Shown: positions 28,301-43,000 of the stretch, one piece after another
Numbering within the stretch: the first letter of the stretch is position 1
Layout of the letters: every line of letters begins with the position of its first letter
Source of the DNA: the human T2T-CHM13v2.0 reference genome, Homo sapiens
Length of the DNA: 64,000 nt
Assembly (NCBI RefSeq): GCF_009914755.1
Contig: NC_060939.1
Strand: one strand, 5' to 3'
Notes under the pieces: model-generated
Databases searched by the model: none
What the model saw: only the letters and a program-made list of their open reading frames with translations
What the model was told of the DNA's origin: nothing
Translations under genes and position numbers: made by a program

Positions 28301-30600
28301 CATTTGATTCCATTCCATTCTATTCCATTCCATACAGTTGCATTCCATTGGATTCCATGCTATATCTATAAATTCAATTCGAGACCATTGCTTTTGAGTC
28401 CATTCTATATGATTCCATTCCATTCAAGTCCATTACATTTGGTTCAATTCCATTCCATTCCATTCCCTTCCATTCCATTCCATTTGATATCAATCCATTC
28501 GATTCCATTCCATTCGAGCACATTCCATTCGAGTCCATTCCATTCGATGCCATTCCATTTGATTCTATTCCATTAGTCTCCATTCAATTCCATTAATCTC
28601 CATTCCATTCCATTCTACTCCAACTGATTCCATTCCATTCTATTCCTTTCCATTCCATTTCATTCCATTCCATTCCATTTCATTCCATTCCATTCCATTC
28701 GCGTCCATTCCACTCCAGTCCATTCCATTCGTGTCCATTCCATTCCAGTCCATTCCATTTGTGTCCACTGCATTCCATTCCACTCCATTCCATATTATTC
28801 CATTACACTCCATTCCATTCTATTACTTTCATTTCCATTCAATTCCATTCCATTTGATTCCATTCCACTCGGTTTCATTCCATTTGAGTCCACTCCATTC
28901 CATTCCATTCCATTCCATTCAGTTCCATTCCATTCTGTTCCATTCCATTCCGTTCCATTACATTCCATTCCATTCGGTACCATTCCATATTGTTCCATTC
29001 GATTCCATTCGAATCCATTCCATTCCAGTCCATTCCATTCGATTCCATTCCATTCATTTCAATTCCATTCCATTCCATTCCATTACATTCCACTTGATTC
29101 CTCTCCATTCCCTTCCACTGCATTCCGTTCGATTCCATTCCATTGCATTGCATTCCATTCCATTGGATTGCATTCCATTCGATTCCATTCCATTCGAATC
29201 AATTACATAGCAATCCATTACATTCGAGTCTATTCTCTTCCGTTCCATTCGATTTCGTTCCAATCCATTCGATTCCATTCCATTCGATTCCATTCCATAC
29301 TATTGCATTCCATTCGATTACATTATATTCGAATAAGTTCCATTCAAGACCATTTCTTTTGAGTCCATTCTATTTGAGTCCATTCCCTTTGATTCCATAA
29401 CATTTGAGTCCATTCAATTCCATTCCTTTCGTTTCCATTCCATTTGATGCCATTCCATTCAATTCTGTTCTACTCGACTCCAATACATTCAATTCCATTC
29501 CATCCGATTCCATTACATTCTTTTCATTTCTTATCCATTTCAAGCCATTCCACTCCATTCCATTCCACTCGTTTCCTTTCCATTCGAGTCCATTCCTCTC
29601 CAGTCCATTCCGTTCAATCCATTCCATTCCAGTCCATTCCATTCGAGTCCGTTCCATTCCAGTCCATTCCATTCGAGTCAATTCCATTCCATTCGATGTC
29701 TTTCCATAACGATCCATTCCATTCTATTCCTTTCGATTCCATTCCATTCTATTTCATTCCATTCGATTCCCTTCCATTGGACTCCTTTCCATTCGAGTGC
29801 ATTCCATTCCTTTCCATTTCTTTCCGTTCTGTACGATTCCTACCGTTCGATTTCATTTTGTTCCAGTCCATTCCTTTCGCGTCCATTCCATTCCATTTCA
29901 CTACATTCGATTCCATTCCATTCGATTCCATTCTACTCGATTCCACTTCGTTCCATTTCATTGCATTCCATTCTATTCAACTCTATTGCCTTCCATTCCA
30001 TTCCATTCGATTACATTCCATGCGATTCCATTCGAAATCGAATCAATTACATTGCAATCCATTACTATTGAGTCCGTTTTATTCCAGTCCACTGCTTTCT
30101 GGTCCATTCCATTTGATTCCATTCCATTCTATTCCATTCCATACAGTTGCATTCCATTGGATTCCATGCTATATCTATAAATTCAATTCGAGACCATTGC
30201 TTTTGAGTCCATTCTATATGATTCCATTCCATTCAAGTCCATTACATTTGGTTCAATTCCATTCCATTCCATTCCCTTCCATTACATTCCATTTGATATC
30301 AATCCATTCGATTCCATTCCATTCGAGCACATTCCATTCGAGTCCATTCCATTCGATGCCATTCCATTTGATTCTATTCCATTAGTCTCCATTCAATTCC
30401 ATTAATCTCCATTCCATTCCATTCTACTCCAACTGATTCCATTCCATTCTATTCCTTTCCATTCCATTTCATTGCATTCCATTCCATTTCATTCCATTCC
30501 ATTCCATTCGTGTCCATTCCACTCCAGTCCATTCCATTCGTGTCCATTCCATTCCAGTCCATTCCATTTGTGTCCACTGCATTCCATTCCACTCCATTCC
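19310..30600 (+). repeat. ~4 kb segment (about 19310-23400) repeated at +7205 bp (about 26515-30600), a 4-unit offset
   Basis: The same ordered markers occur at +7205: GATTCCATTCTATATC (19361/26566), 1-bp deletion (20976/28181), 15-bp insertion unit (22239/29444), ATTTCATTGC (23269/30474). A few differences are present. Confidence 0.75.
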
Positions 30601-33600
30601 ATATTATTCCATTACACTCCATTCCATTCTATTACTTTCATTTCCATTCAATTCCATTCCATTTGATTCCATTCCACTCGGTTTCATTCCATTTGAGTCC
30701 ACTCCATTCCATTCCATTCCATTCCATTCAGTTCCATTCCATTCTGTTCCATTCCATTCCGTTCCATTACATTCCATTCCATTCGGTACCATTCCATATT
30801 GTTCCATTCGATTCCATTCGAATCCATTCCATTCCAGTCCATTCCATTCGATTCCATTCCATTCATTTCAATTCCATTCCATTCCATTCCATTACATTCC
30901 ACTTGATTCCTCTCCATTCCCTTCCACTGCATTCCGTTCGATTCCATTCCATCGCATTGCATTCCATTCCATTGGATTGCATTCCTTTCGATTCCATTCC
31001 ATTCGAATCAATTACATAGCAATCCATTACATTCGAGTCTATTCTCTTCCGTTCCATTCGATTTCGTTCCAATCCATTCGATTCCATTCCATTCGATTCC
31101 ATTCCATACTATTGCATTCCATTCGATTACATTATATTCGAATAAGTTCCATTCAAGACCATTTCTTTTGAGTCCATTCTATTTGAGTCCATTCCCTTTG
31201 ATTCCATAACATTTGAGTCCATTCAATTCCATTCCTTTCGTTTCCATTCCATTTGATGCCATTCCATTCAATTCTGTTCTACTCGACTCCAATACATTCA
31301 ATTCCATTCCATCCGATTCCATTACATTCTTTTCATTTCTTATCCATTTCAAGCCATTCCACTCCATTCCATTCCACTCGTTTCCTTTCCATTCGAGTCC
31401 ATTCCTCTCCAGTCCATTCCGTTCAATCCATTCCATTCCAGTCCATTCCATTCGAGTCCGTTCCATTCCAGTCCATTCCATTCGAGTCAATTCCATCCCA
31501 TTCGATGTCTTTCCATAACGATCCATTCCATTCTATTCCTTTTGATTCCATTCCATTCTATTTCATTCCATTCGATTCCCTTCCATTGGACTCCTTTCCA
31601 TTCGAGTGCATTCCATTCCGTTCCATTTCTTTCCGTTCTGTACGATTCCTACCGTTCAATTTCATTTTGTTCCAGTCCATTCCTTTCGCGTCCATTCCAT
31701 TCCATTTCACTCCATTCGATTCCATTCCACTCGATTCCACTTCGTTCCATTTCATTGCATTCCATTCTATTCAACTCTATTGCCTTCCATTCCATTCCAT
31801 TCGATTACATTCCATGCGATTCCATTCGAAATCGAATCAATTACATTGCAATCCATTACTATTGAGTCCGTTTTATTCCAGTCCACTGCGTTCTGGTCCA
31901 TTCCATTTGATTCCATTCCATTCTATTCCATTCCATACAGTTGCATTCCATTGGATTCCATGCTATATCTATAAATTCAATTCGAGACCATTGCTTTTGA
32001 GTCCATTCTATATGATTCCATTCCATTCAAGTCCATTACATTTGGTTCAATTCCATTCCATTCCATTCCCTTCCATTCCATTCCATTTGATATCAATCCA
32101 TTCGATTCCATTCCATTCGAGCACATTCCATTCGAGTCCATTCCATTCGATGCCATTCCATTTGATTCTATTCCATTAGTCTCCATTCAATTCCATTAAT
32201 CTCCATTCCATTCCATTCTACTCCAACTGATTCCATTTCATTCTATTCCTTTCCATTCCATTTCATTCCATTCCATTCCATTCGTGTCCATTCCACTCCA
32301 GTCCATTCCATTCGTGTCCATTCCATTCCAGTCCATTCCATTTGTGTCCACTGCATTCCATTCCACTCCATTCCATATTATTCCATTACACTCCATTCCA
32401 TTCTATTACTTTCATTTCCATTCAATTCCATTCCATTTGATTCCATTCCACTCGGTTTCATTCCATTTGAGTCCACTCCATTCCATTCCATTCCATTCCA
32501 TTCAGTTCCATTCCATTCTGTTCCATTCCATTCCGTTCCATTACATTCCATTCCATTCGGTACCATTCCATATTGTTCCATTCGATTCCATTCGAATCCA
32601 TTCCATTCCAGTCCATTCCATTCGATTCCATTCCATTCATTTCAATTCCATTCCATTCCATTCCATTCCATTCCACTTGATCCCTCTCCATTCCCTTCCA
32701 CTGCATTCCGTTCGATTCCATTCCATTGCATTGCATTCCATTCCATTGGATTGCATTCCATTCCATTCCATTCCATTCGAATCAATTACATAGCAATCCA
32801 TTACATTCGAGTCTATTCTATTCCGTTCCATTCGATTTCGTTCCAATCCATTCGATTCCATTCCATTCGATTCCATTCCATACTATTGCATTCCATTCAA
32901 TTAGATTATATTCGAATAAGTTCCATTCAAGACCATTTCTTTTGAGTCCATTCTATTTGAGTCCATTCCCTTTGATTCCATAACATTTGAGTCCATTCAA
33001 TTCCATTCCTTTCGTTTCCATTCCATTTGATGCCATTCCATTCAATTCTGTTCTACTCGACTCCAATACATTCAATTCCATTCCATCCGATTCCATTACA
33101 TTCTTTTCATTTCTTATCCATTTCAAGCCATTCCACTCCATTCCATTCCACTCGTTTCCTTTCCATTCGAGTCCATTCCTCTCCAGTCCATTCCGTTCAA
33201 TCCATTCCATTCCAGTCCATTCCATTCGAGTCCGTTCCATTCCAGTCCATTCCATTCGAGTCAATTCCATTCCATTCGATGTCTTTCCATAACGATCCAT
33301 TCCATTCTATTCCTTTCGATTCCATTCCATTCTATTTCATTCCATTCGATTCCCTTCCATTGGACTCCTTTCCATTCGAGTTCATTCCATTCCGTTCCAT
33401 TTCTTTCCGTTCTGTACGATTCCTACCGTTCGATTTCATTTTGTTCCAGTCCATTCCTTTCGCGTCCATTCCATTCCATTTCACTACATTCGATTCCATT
33501 CCATTCGATTCCATTCTACTCGATTCCACTTCGTTCCATTTCATTGCATTCCATTCTATTCAACTCTATTGCCTTCCATTCCATTCCATTCGATTACATT

Positions 33601-34079
33601 CCATGCGATTCCATTCGAAATCGAATCAATTACATTGCAATCCATTACTATTGAGTCCGTTTTATTCCAGTCCACTGCTTTCTGGTCCATTCCATTTGAT
33701 TCCATTCCATTATATTCCATTCCATACAGTTGCATTCCATTGGATTCCATGCTATATCTATAAATTCAATTCGAGACCATTGCTTTTGAGTCCATTCTAT
33801 ATGATTCCATTCCATTCAAGTCCATTACATTTGGTTCAATTCCATTCCATTCCATTCCCTTCCATTACATTCCATTTGATATCAATCCATTCGATTCCAT
33901 TCCATTCGAGCACATTCCATTCGAGTCCATTCCATTCGATGCCATTCCATTTGATTCTATTCCATTAGTCTCCATTCAATTCCATTAATCTCCATTCCAT
34001 TCCATTCTACTCCAACTGATTCCATTCCATTCTATTCCTTTCCATTCCATTTCATTCCATTCCATTCCATTTCATTCCA

Positions 34080-37000
34080 TTCCATTCCATTCGTGTCCAT
34101 TCCACTCCAGTCCATTCCATTCGTGTCCATTCCATTCCAGTCCATTCCATTTGTGTCCACTGCATTCCATTCCACTCCATTCCATATTATTCCATTACAC
34201 TCCATTCCATTCTATTACTTTCATTTCCATTCAATTCCATTCCATTTGATTCCATTCCACTCGGTTTCATTCCATTTGAGTCCACTCCATTCCATTCCAT
34301 TCCATTCCATTCAGTTCCATTCCATTCTGTTCCATTCCATTCCGTTCCATTACATTCCATTCCATTCGGTACCATTCCATATTGTTCCATTCGATTCCAT
34401 TCGAATCCATTCCATTCCAGTCCATTCCATTCGATTCCATTCCATTCATTTCAATTCCATTCCATTCCATTCCATTACATTCCACTTGATTCCTCTCCAT
34501 TCCCTTCCACTGCATTCCGTTCGATTCCATTCCATTGCATTGCATTCCATTCCATTGGATTGCATTCCTTTCGATTCCATTCCATTCGAATCAATTACAT
34601 AGCAATCCATTACATTCGAGTCTATTCTCTTCCGTTCCATTCGATTTCGTTCCAATCCATTCGATTCCATTCCATTCGATTCCATTCCATACTATTGCAT
34701 TCCATTCGATTACATTATATTCGAATAAGTTCCATTCAAGACCATTTCTTTTGAGTCCATTCTATTTGAGTCCATTCCCTTTGATTCCATAACATTTGAG
34801 TCCATTCAATTCCATTCCTTTCGTTTCCATTCCATTTGATGCCATTCCATTCAATTCTGTTCTACTCGACTCCAATACATTCAATTCCATTCCATCCGAT
34901 TCCATTACATTCTTTTCATTTCTTATCCATTTCAAGCCATTCCACTCCATTCCATTCCACTCGTTTCCTTTCCATTCGAGTCCATTCCTCTCCAGTCCAT
35001 TCCGTTCAATCCATTCCATTCCAGTCCATTCCATTCGAGTCCGTTCCATTCCAGTCCATTCCATTCGAGTCAATTCCATCCCATTCGATGTCTTTCCATA
35101 ACGATCCATTCCATTCTATTCCTTTTGATTCCATTCCATTCTATTTCATTCCATTCGATTCCCTTCCATTGGACTCCTTTCCATTCGAGTGCATTCCATT
35201 CCGTTCCATTTCTTTCCGTTCTGTACGATTCCTACCGTTCGATTTCATTTTGTTCCAGTCCATTCCTTTCGCGTCCATTCCATTCCATTTCACTACATTC
35301 GATTCCATTCCATTCGATTCCATTCTACTCGATTCCACTTCGTTCCATTTCATTGCATTCCATTCTATTCAACTCTATTGCCTTCCATTCCATTCCATTC
35401 GATTACATTCCATGCGATTCCATTCGAAATCGAATCAATTACATTGCAATCCATTACTATTGAGTCCGTTTTATTCCAGTCCACTGCTTTCTGGTCCATT
35501 CCATTTGATTCCATTCCATTCTATTCCATTCCATACAGTTGCATTCCATTGGATTCCATGCTATATCTATAAATTCAATTCGAGACCATTGCTTTTGAGT
35601 CCATTCTATATGATTCCATTCCATTCAAGTCCATTACATTTGGTTCAATTCCATTCCATTCCATTCCCTTCCATTACATTCCATTTGATATCAATCCATT
35701 CGATTCCATTCCATTCGAGCACATTCCATTCGAGTCCATTCCATTCGATGCCATTCCATTTGATTCTATTCCATTAGTCTCCATTCAATTCCATTAATCT
35801 CCATTCCATTCCATTCTACTCCAACTGATTCCATTCCATTCTATTCCTTTCCATTCCATTTCATTCCATTCCATTCCATTTCATTCCATTCCATTCCATT
35901 CGTGTCCATTCCACTCCAGTCCATTCCATTCGTGTCCATTCCATTCCAGTCCATTCCATTTGTGTCCACTGCATTCCATTCCACTCCATTCCATATTATT
36001 CCATTACACTCCATTCCATTCTATTACTTTCATTTCCATTCAATTCCATTCCATTTGATTCCATTCCACTCGGTTTCATTCCATTTGAGTCCACTCCATT
36101 CCATTCCATTCCATTCCATTCAGTTCCATTCCATTCTGTTCCATTCCATTCCATTCCATTACATTCCATTCCATTCGGTACCATTCCATATTGTTCCATT
36201 CGATTCCATTCGAATCCATTCCATTCCAGTCCATTCCATTCGATTCCATTCCATTCATTTCAATTCCATTCCATTCCATTCCATTACATTCCACTTGATT
36301 CCTCTCCATTCCCTTCCACTGCATTCCGTTCGATTCCATTCCATTGCATTGCATTCCATTCCATTGGATTGCATTCCTTTCGATTCCATTCCATTCGAAT
36401 CAATTACATAGCAATCCATTACATTCGAGTCTATTCTCTTCCGTTCCATTCGATTTCGTTCCAATCCATTCGATTCCATTCCATTCGATTCCATTCCATA
36501 CTATTGCATTCCATTCGATTACATTATATTCGAATAAGTTCCATTCAAGACCATTTCTTTTGAGTCCATTCTATTTGAGTCCATTCCCTTTGATTCCATA
36601 ACATTTGAGTCCATTCAATTCCATTCCTTTCGTTTCCATTCCATTTGATGCCATTCCATTCAATTCTGTTCTACTCGACTCCAATACATTCAATTCCATT
36701 CCATCCGATTCCATTACATTCTTTTCATTTCTTATCCATTTCAAGCCATTCCACTCCATTCCATTCCACTCGTTTCCTTTCCATTCGAGTCCATTCCTCT
36801 CCAGTCCATTCCGTTCAATCCATTCCATTCCAGTCCATTCCATTCGAGTCCGTTCCATTCCAGTCCATTCCATTCGAGTCAATTCCATCCCATTCGATGT
36901 CTTTCCATAACGATCCATTCCATTCTATTCCTTTTGATTCCATTCCATTCTATTTCATTCCATTCGATTCCCTTCCATTGGACTCCTTTCCATTCGAGTG

Positions 37001-40000
37001 CATTCCATTCCGTTCCATTTCTTTCCGTTCTGTGCGATTCCTACCGTTCGATTTCATTTTGTTCCAGTCCATTCCTTTCGCGTCCATTCCATTCCATTTC
37101 ACTCCATTCGATTCCATTCCACTCGATTCCACTTCGTTCCATTTCATTGCATTCCATTCTATTCAACTCTATTGCCTTCCATTCCATTCCATTCGATTAC
37201 ATTCCATGCGATTCCATTCGAAATCGAATCAATTACATTGCAATCCATTACTATTGAGTCCGTTTTATTCCAGTCCACTGCATTCTGGTCCATTCCATTT
37301 GATTCCATTCCATTCTATTCCATTCCATACAGTTGCATTCCATTGGATTCCATGCTATATCTATAAATTCAATTCGAGACCATTGCTTTTGAGTCCATTC
37401 TATATGATTCCATTCCATTCAAGTCCATTACATTTGGTTCAATTACATTCCATTCCATTCCCTTCCATTCCATTCCATTTGATATCAATCCATTCGATTC
37501 CATTCCATTCGAGCACATTCCATTCCACTCCATTCCATTCGATGCCATTCCATTTGATTCTATTCCATTAGTCTCCATTCAATTCCATTAATCTCCATTC
37601 CATTCCATTCTACTCCAACTGATTCCATTTCATTCTATTCCTTTCCATTCCATTTCATTCCATTCCATTCCATTCGTGTCCATTCCACTCCAGTCCATTC
37701 CATTCGTGTCCATTCCATTCCAGTCCATTCCATTTGTGTCCACTGCATTCCATTCCACTCCATTCCATATTATTCCATTACACTCCATTCCATTCTATTA
37801 CTTTCATTTCCATTCAATTCCATTCCATTTGATTCCATTCCACTCGGTTTCATTCCATTTGAGTCCACTCCATTCCATTCCATTCCATTCCATTCAGTTC
37901 CATTCCATTCTGTTCCATTCCATTCCGTTCCATTACATTCCATTCCATTCGGTACCATTCCATATTGTTCCATTCGATTCCATTCGAATCCATTCCATTC
38001 CAGTCCATTCCATTCGATTCCATTCCATTCATTTCAATTCCATTCCATTCCATTCCATTACATTCCACTTGATTCCTCTCCATTCCCTTCCACTGCATTC
38101 CGTTCGATTCCATTCCATTGCATTGCATTCCATTCCATTGGATTGCATTCCATTCCATTCCATTCCATTCGAATCAATTACATAGCAATCCATTACATTC
38201 GAGTCTATTCTCTTCCGATCCATTCGATTTCGTTCCAATCCATTCGATTCCATTCCATTCGATTCCATTCCATACTATTGCATTCCATTCGATTACATTA
38301 TATTCGAATAAGTTCCATTCAAGACCATTTCTTTTGAGTCCATTCTATTTGAGTCCATTCCCTTTGATTCCATAACATTTGAGTCCATTCAATTCCATTC
38401 CTTTCGTTTCCATTCCATTTGATGCCATTCCATTCAATTCTGTTCTACTCGACTCCAATACATTCAATTCCATTCCATCCGATTCCATTACATTCTTTTC
38501 ATTTCTTATCCATTTCAAGCCATTCCACTCCATTCCATTCCACTCGTTTCCTTTCCATTCGAGTCCATTCCTCTCCAGTCCATTCCGTTCAATCCATTCC
38601 ATTCCAGTCCATTCCATTCGAGTCCGTTCCATTCCAGTCCATTCCATTCGAGTCAATTCCATTCCATTCGATGTCTTTCCATAACGATCCATTCCATTCT
38701 ATTCCTTTCGATTCCATTCCATTCTATTTCATTCCATTCGATTCCCTTCCATTGGACTCCTTTCCATTCGATTGCATTCCATTCCGTTCCATTTCTTTCC
38801 GTTCTGTACGATTCCTACCGTTCGATTTCATTTTGTTCCAGTCCATTCCTTTCGCGTCCATTCCATTCCATTTCACTCCATTCGATTCCATTCCACTCGA
38901 TTCCACTTCGTTCCATTTCATTGCATTCCATTCTATTCAACTCTATTGCCTTCCATTCCATTCCATTCGATTACATTCCATGCGATTCCATTCGAAATCG
39001 AATCAATTACATTGCAATCCATTACTATTGAGTCCGTTTTATTCCAGTCCACTGCATTCTGGTCCATTCCATTTGATTCCATTCCATTCTATTCCATTCC
39101 ATACAGTTGCATTCCATTGGATTCCATGCTATATCTATAAATTCAATTCGAGACCATTGCTTTTGAGTCCATTCTATATGATTCCATTCCATTCAAGTCC
39201 ATTACATTTGGTTCAATTCCATTCCATTCCATTCCGTTCCATTCCATTCCATTTGATATCAATCCATTCGATTCCATTCCATTCGAGCACATTCCATTCG
39301 AGTCCATTCCATTCGATGCCATTCCATTTGATTCTATTCCATTAGTCTCCATTCAATTCCATTAATCTCCATTCCATTCCATTCTACTCCAACTGATTCC
39401 ATTCCATTCTATTCCTTTCCATTCCATTTCATTCCATTCCATTCCATTCGTGTCCATTCCACTCCAGTCCATTCCATTCGTGTCCATTCCATTCCAGTCC
39501 ATTCCATTTGTGTCCACTGCATTCCATTCCACTCCATTCCATATTATTCCATTACACTCCATTCCATTCTATTACTTTCATTTCCATTCAATTCCATTCC
39601 ATTTGATTCCATTCCACTCGGTTTCATTCCATTTGAGTCCACTCCATTCCATTCCATTCCATTCCATTCAGTTCCATTCCATTCTGTTCCATTCCATTCC
39701 GTTCCATTACATTCCATTCCATTCGGTACCATTCCATATTGTTCCATTCGATTCCATTCGAATCCATTCCATTCCAGTCCATTCCATTCGATTCCATTCC
39801 ATTCATTTCAATTCCATTCCATTCCATTCCATTACATTCCACTTGATTCCTCTCCATTCCCTTCCACTGCATTCCGTTCGATTCCATTCCATTGCATTGC
39901 ATTCCATTCCATTGGATTGCATTCCTTTCGATTCCATTCCATTCGAATCAATTACATAGCAATCCATTACATTCGAGTCTATTCTATTCCGTTCCATTCG

Positions 40001-43000
40001 ATTTCGTTCCAATCCATTCGATTCCATTCCATTCGATTCCATTCCATACTATTGCATTCCATTCGATTACATTATATTCGAATAAGTTCCATTCAAGACC
40101 ATTTCTTTTGAGTCCATTCTATTTGAGTCCATTCCCTTTGATTCCATAACATTTGAGTCCATTCAATTCCATTCCTTTCGTTTCCATTCCATTTGATGCC
40201 ATTCCATTCAATTCTGTTCTACTCGACTCCAATACATTCAATTCCATTCCATCCGATTCCATTACATTCTTTTCATTTCTTATCCATTTCAAGCCATTCC
40301 ACTCCATTCCATTCCACTCGTTTCCTTTCCATTCGAGTCCATTCCTCTCCAGTCCATTCCGTTCAATCCATTCCATTCCAGTCCATTCCATTCGAGTCCG
40401 TTCCATTCCAGTCCATTCCATTCGAGTCAATTCCATCCCATTCGATGTCTTTCCATAACGATCCATTCCATTCTATTCCTTTTGATTCCATTCCATTCTA
40501 TTTCATTCCATTCGATTCCCTTCCATTGGACTCCTTTCCATTCGAGTGCATTCCATTCCGTTCCATTTCTTTCCGTTCTGTACGATTCCTACCGTTCGAT
40601 TTCATTTTGTTCCAGTCCATTCCTTTCGCGTCCATTCCATTCCATTTCACTCCATTCGATTCCATTCCACTCGATTCCACTTCGTTCCATTTCATTGCAT
40701 TCCATTCTATTCAACTCTATTGCCTTCCATTCCATTCCATTCGATTACATTCCATGCGATTCCATTCGAAATCGAATCAATTACATTGCAATCCATTACT
40801 ATTGAGTCCGTTTTATTCCAGTCCACTGCATTCTGGTCCATTCCATTTGATTCCATTCCATTCTATTCCATTCCATACAGTTGCATTCCATTGGATTCCA
40901 TGCTATATCTATAAATTCAATTCGAGACCATTGCTTTTGAGTCCATTCTATATGATTCCATTCCATTCAAGTCCATTACATTTGGTTCAATTCCATTCCA
41001 TTCCATTCCGTTCCATTCCATTCCATTTGATATCAATCCATTCGATTCCATTCCATTCGAGCACATTCCATTCGAGTCCATTCCATTCGATGCCATTCCA
41101 TTTGATTCTATTCCATTAGTCTCCATTCAATTCCATTAATCTCCATTCCATTCCATTCTACTCCAACTGATTCCATTCCATTCTATTCCTTTCCATTCCA
41201 TTTCATTCCATTCCATTCCATTCGTGTCCATTCCACTCCAGTCCATTCCATTCGTGTCCATTCCATTCCAGTCCATTCCATTTGTGTCCACTGCATTCCA
41301 TTCCACTCCATTCCATATTATTCCATTACACTCCATTCCATTCTATTACTTTCATTTCCATTCAATTCCATTCCATTTGATTCCATTCCACTCGGTTTCA
41401 TTCCATTTGAGTCCACTCCATTCCATTCCATTCCATTCCATTCAGTTCCATTCCATTCTGTTCCATTCCATTCCGTTCCATTACATTCCATTCCATTCGG
41501 TACCATTCCATATTGTTCCATTCGATTCCATTCGAATCCATTCCATTCCAGTCCATTCCATTCGATTCCATTCCATTCATTTCAATTCCATTCCATTCCA
41601 TTCCATTACATTCCACTTGATTCCTCTCCATTCCCTTCCACTGCATTCCGTTCGATTCCATTCCATTGCATTGCATTCCATTCCATTGGATTGCATTCCT
41701 TTCGATTCCATTCCATTCGAATCAATTACATAGCAATCCATTACATTCGAGTCTATTCTCTTCCGTTCCATTCGATTTCGTTCCAATCCATTCGATTCCA
41801 TTCCATTCGATTCCATTCCATACTATTGCATTCCATTCGATTACATTATATTCGAATAAGTTCCATTCAAGACCATTTCTTTTGAGTCCATTCTATTTGA
41901 GTCCATTCCCTTTGATTCCATAACATTTGAGTCCATTCAATTCCATTCCTTTCGTTTCCATTCCATTTGATGCCATTCCATTCAATTCTGTTCTACTCGA
42001 CTCCAATACATTCAATTCCATTCCATCCGATTCCATTACATTCTTTTCATTTCTTATCCATTTCAAGCCATTCCACTCCATTCCATTCCACTCGTTTCCT
42101 TTCCATTCGAGTCCATTCCTCTCCAGTCCATTCCGTTCAATCCATTCCATTCCAGTCCATTCCATTCGAGTCCGTTCCATTCCAGTCCATTCCATTCGAG
42201 TCAATTCCATCCCATTCGATGTCTTTCCATAACGATCCATTCCATTCTATTCCTTTTGATTCCATTCCATTCTATTTCATTCCATTCGATTCCCTTCCAT
42301 TGGACTCCTTTCCATTCGAGTGCATTCCATTCCGTTCCATTTCTTTCCGTTCTGTACGATTCCTACCGTTCGATTTCATTTTGTTCCAGTCCATTCCTTT
42401 CGCGTCCATTCCATTCCATTTCACTACATTCGATTCCATTCCATTCGATTCCATTCTACTCGATTCCACTTCGTTCCATTTCATTGCATTCCATTCTATT
42501 CAACTCTATTGCCTTCCATTCCATTCCATTCGATTACATTCCATGCGATTCCATTCGAAATCGAATCAATTACATTGCAATCCATTACTATTGAGTCCGT
42601 TTTATTCCAGTCCACTGCTTTCTGGTCCATTCCATTTGATTCCATTCCATTCTATTCCATTCCATACAGTTGCATTCCATTGGATTCCATGCTATATCTA
42701 TAAATTCAATTCGAGACCATTGCTTTTGAGTCCATTCTATATGATTCCATTCCATTCAAGTCCATTACATTTGGTTCAATTCCATTCCATTCCATTCCCT
42801 TCCATTACATTCCATTTGATATCAATCCATTCGATTCCATTCCATTCGAGCACATTCCATTCGAGTCCATTCCATTCGATGCCATTCCATTTGATTCTAT
42901 TCCATTAGTCTCCATTCAATTCCATTAATCTCCATTCCATTCCATTCTACTCCAACTGATTCCATTCCATTCTATTCCTTTCCATTCCATTTCATTCCAT

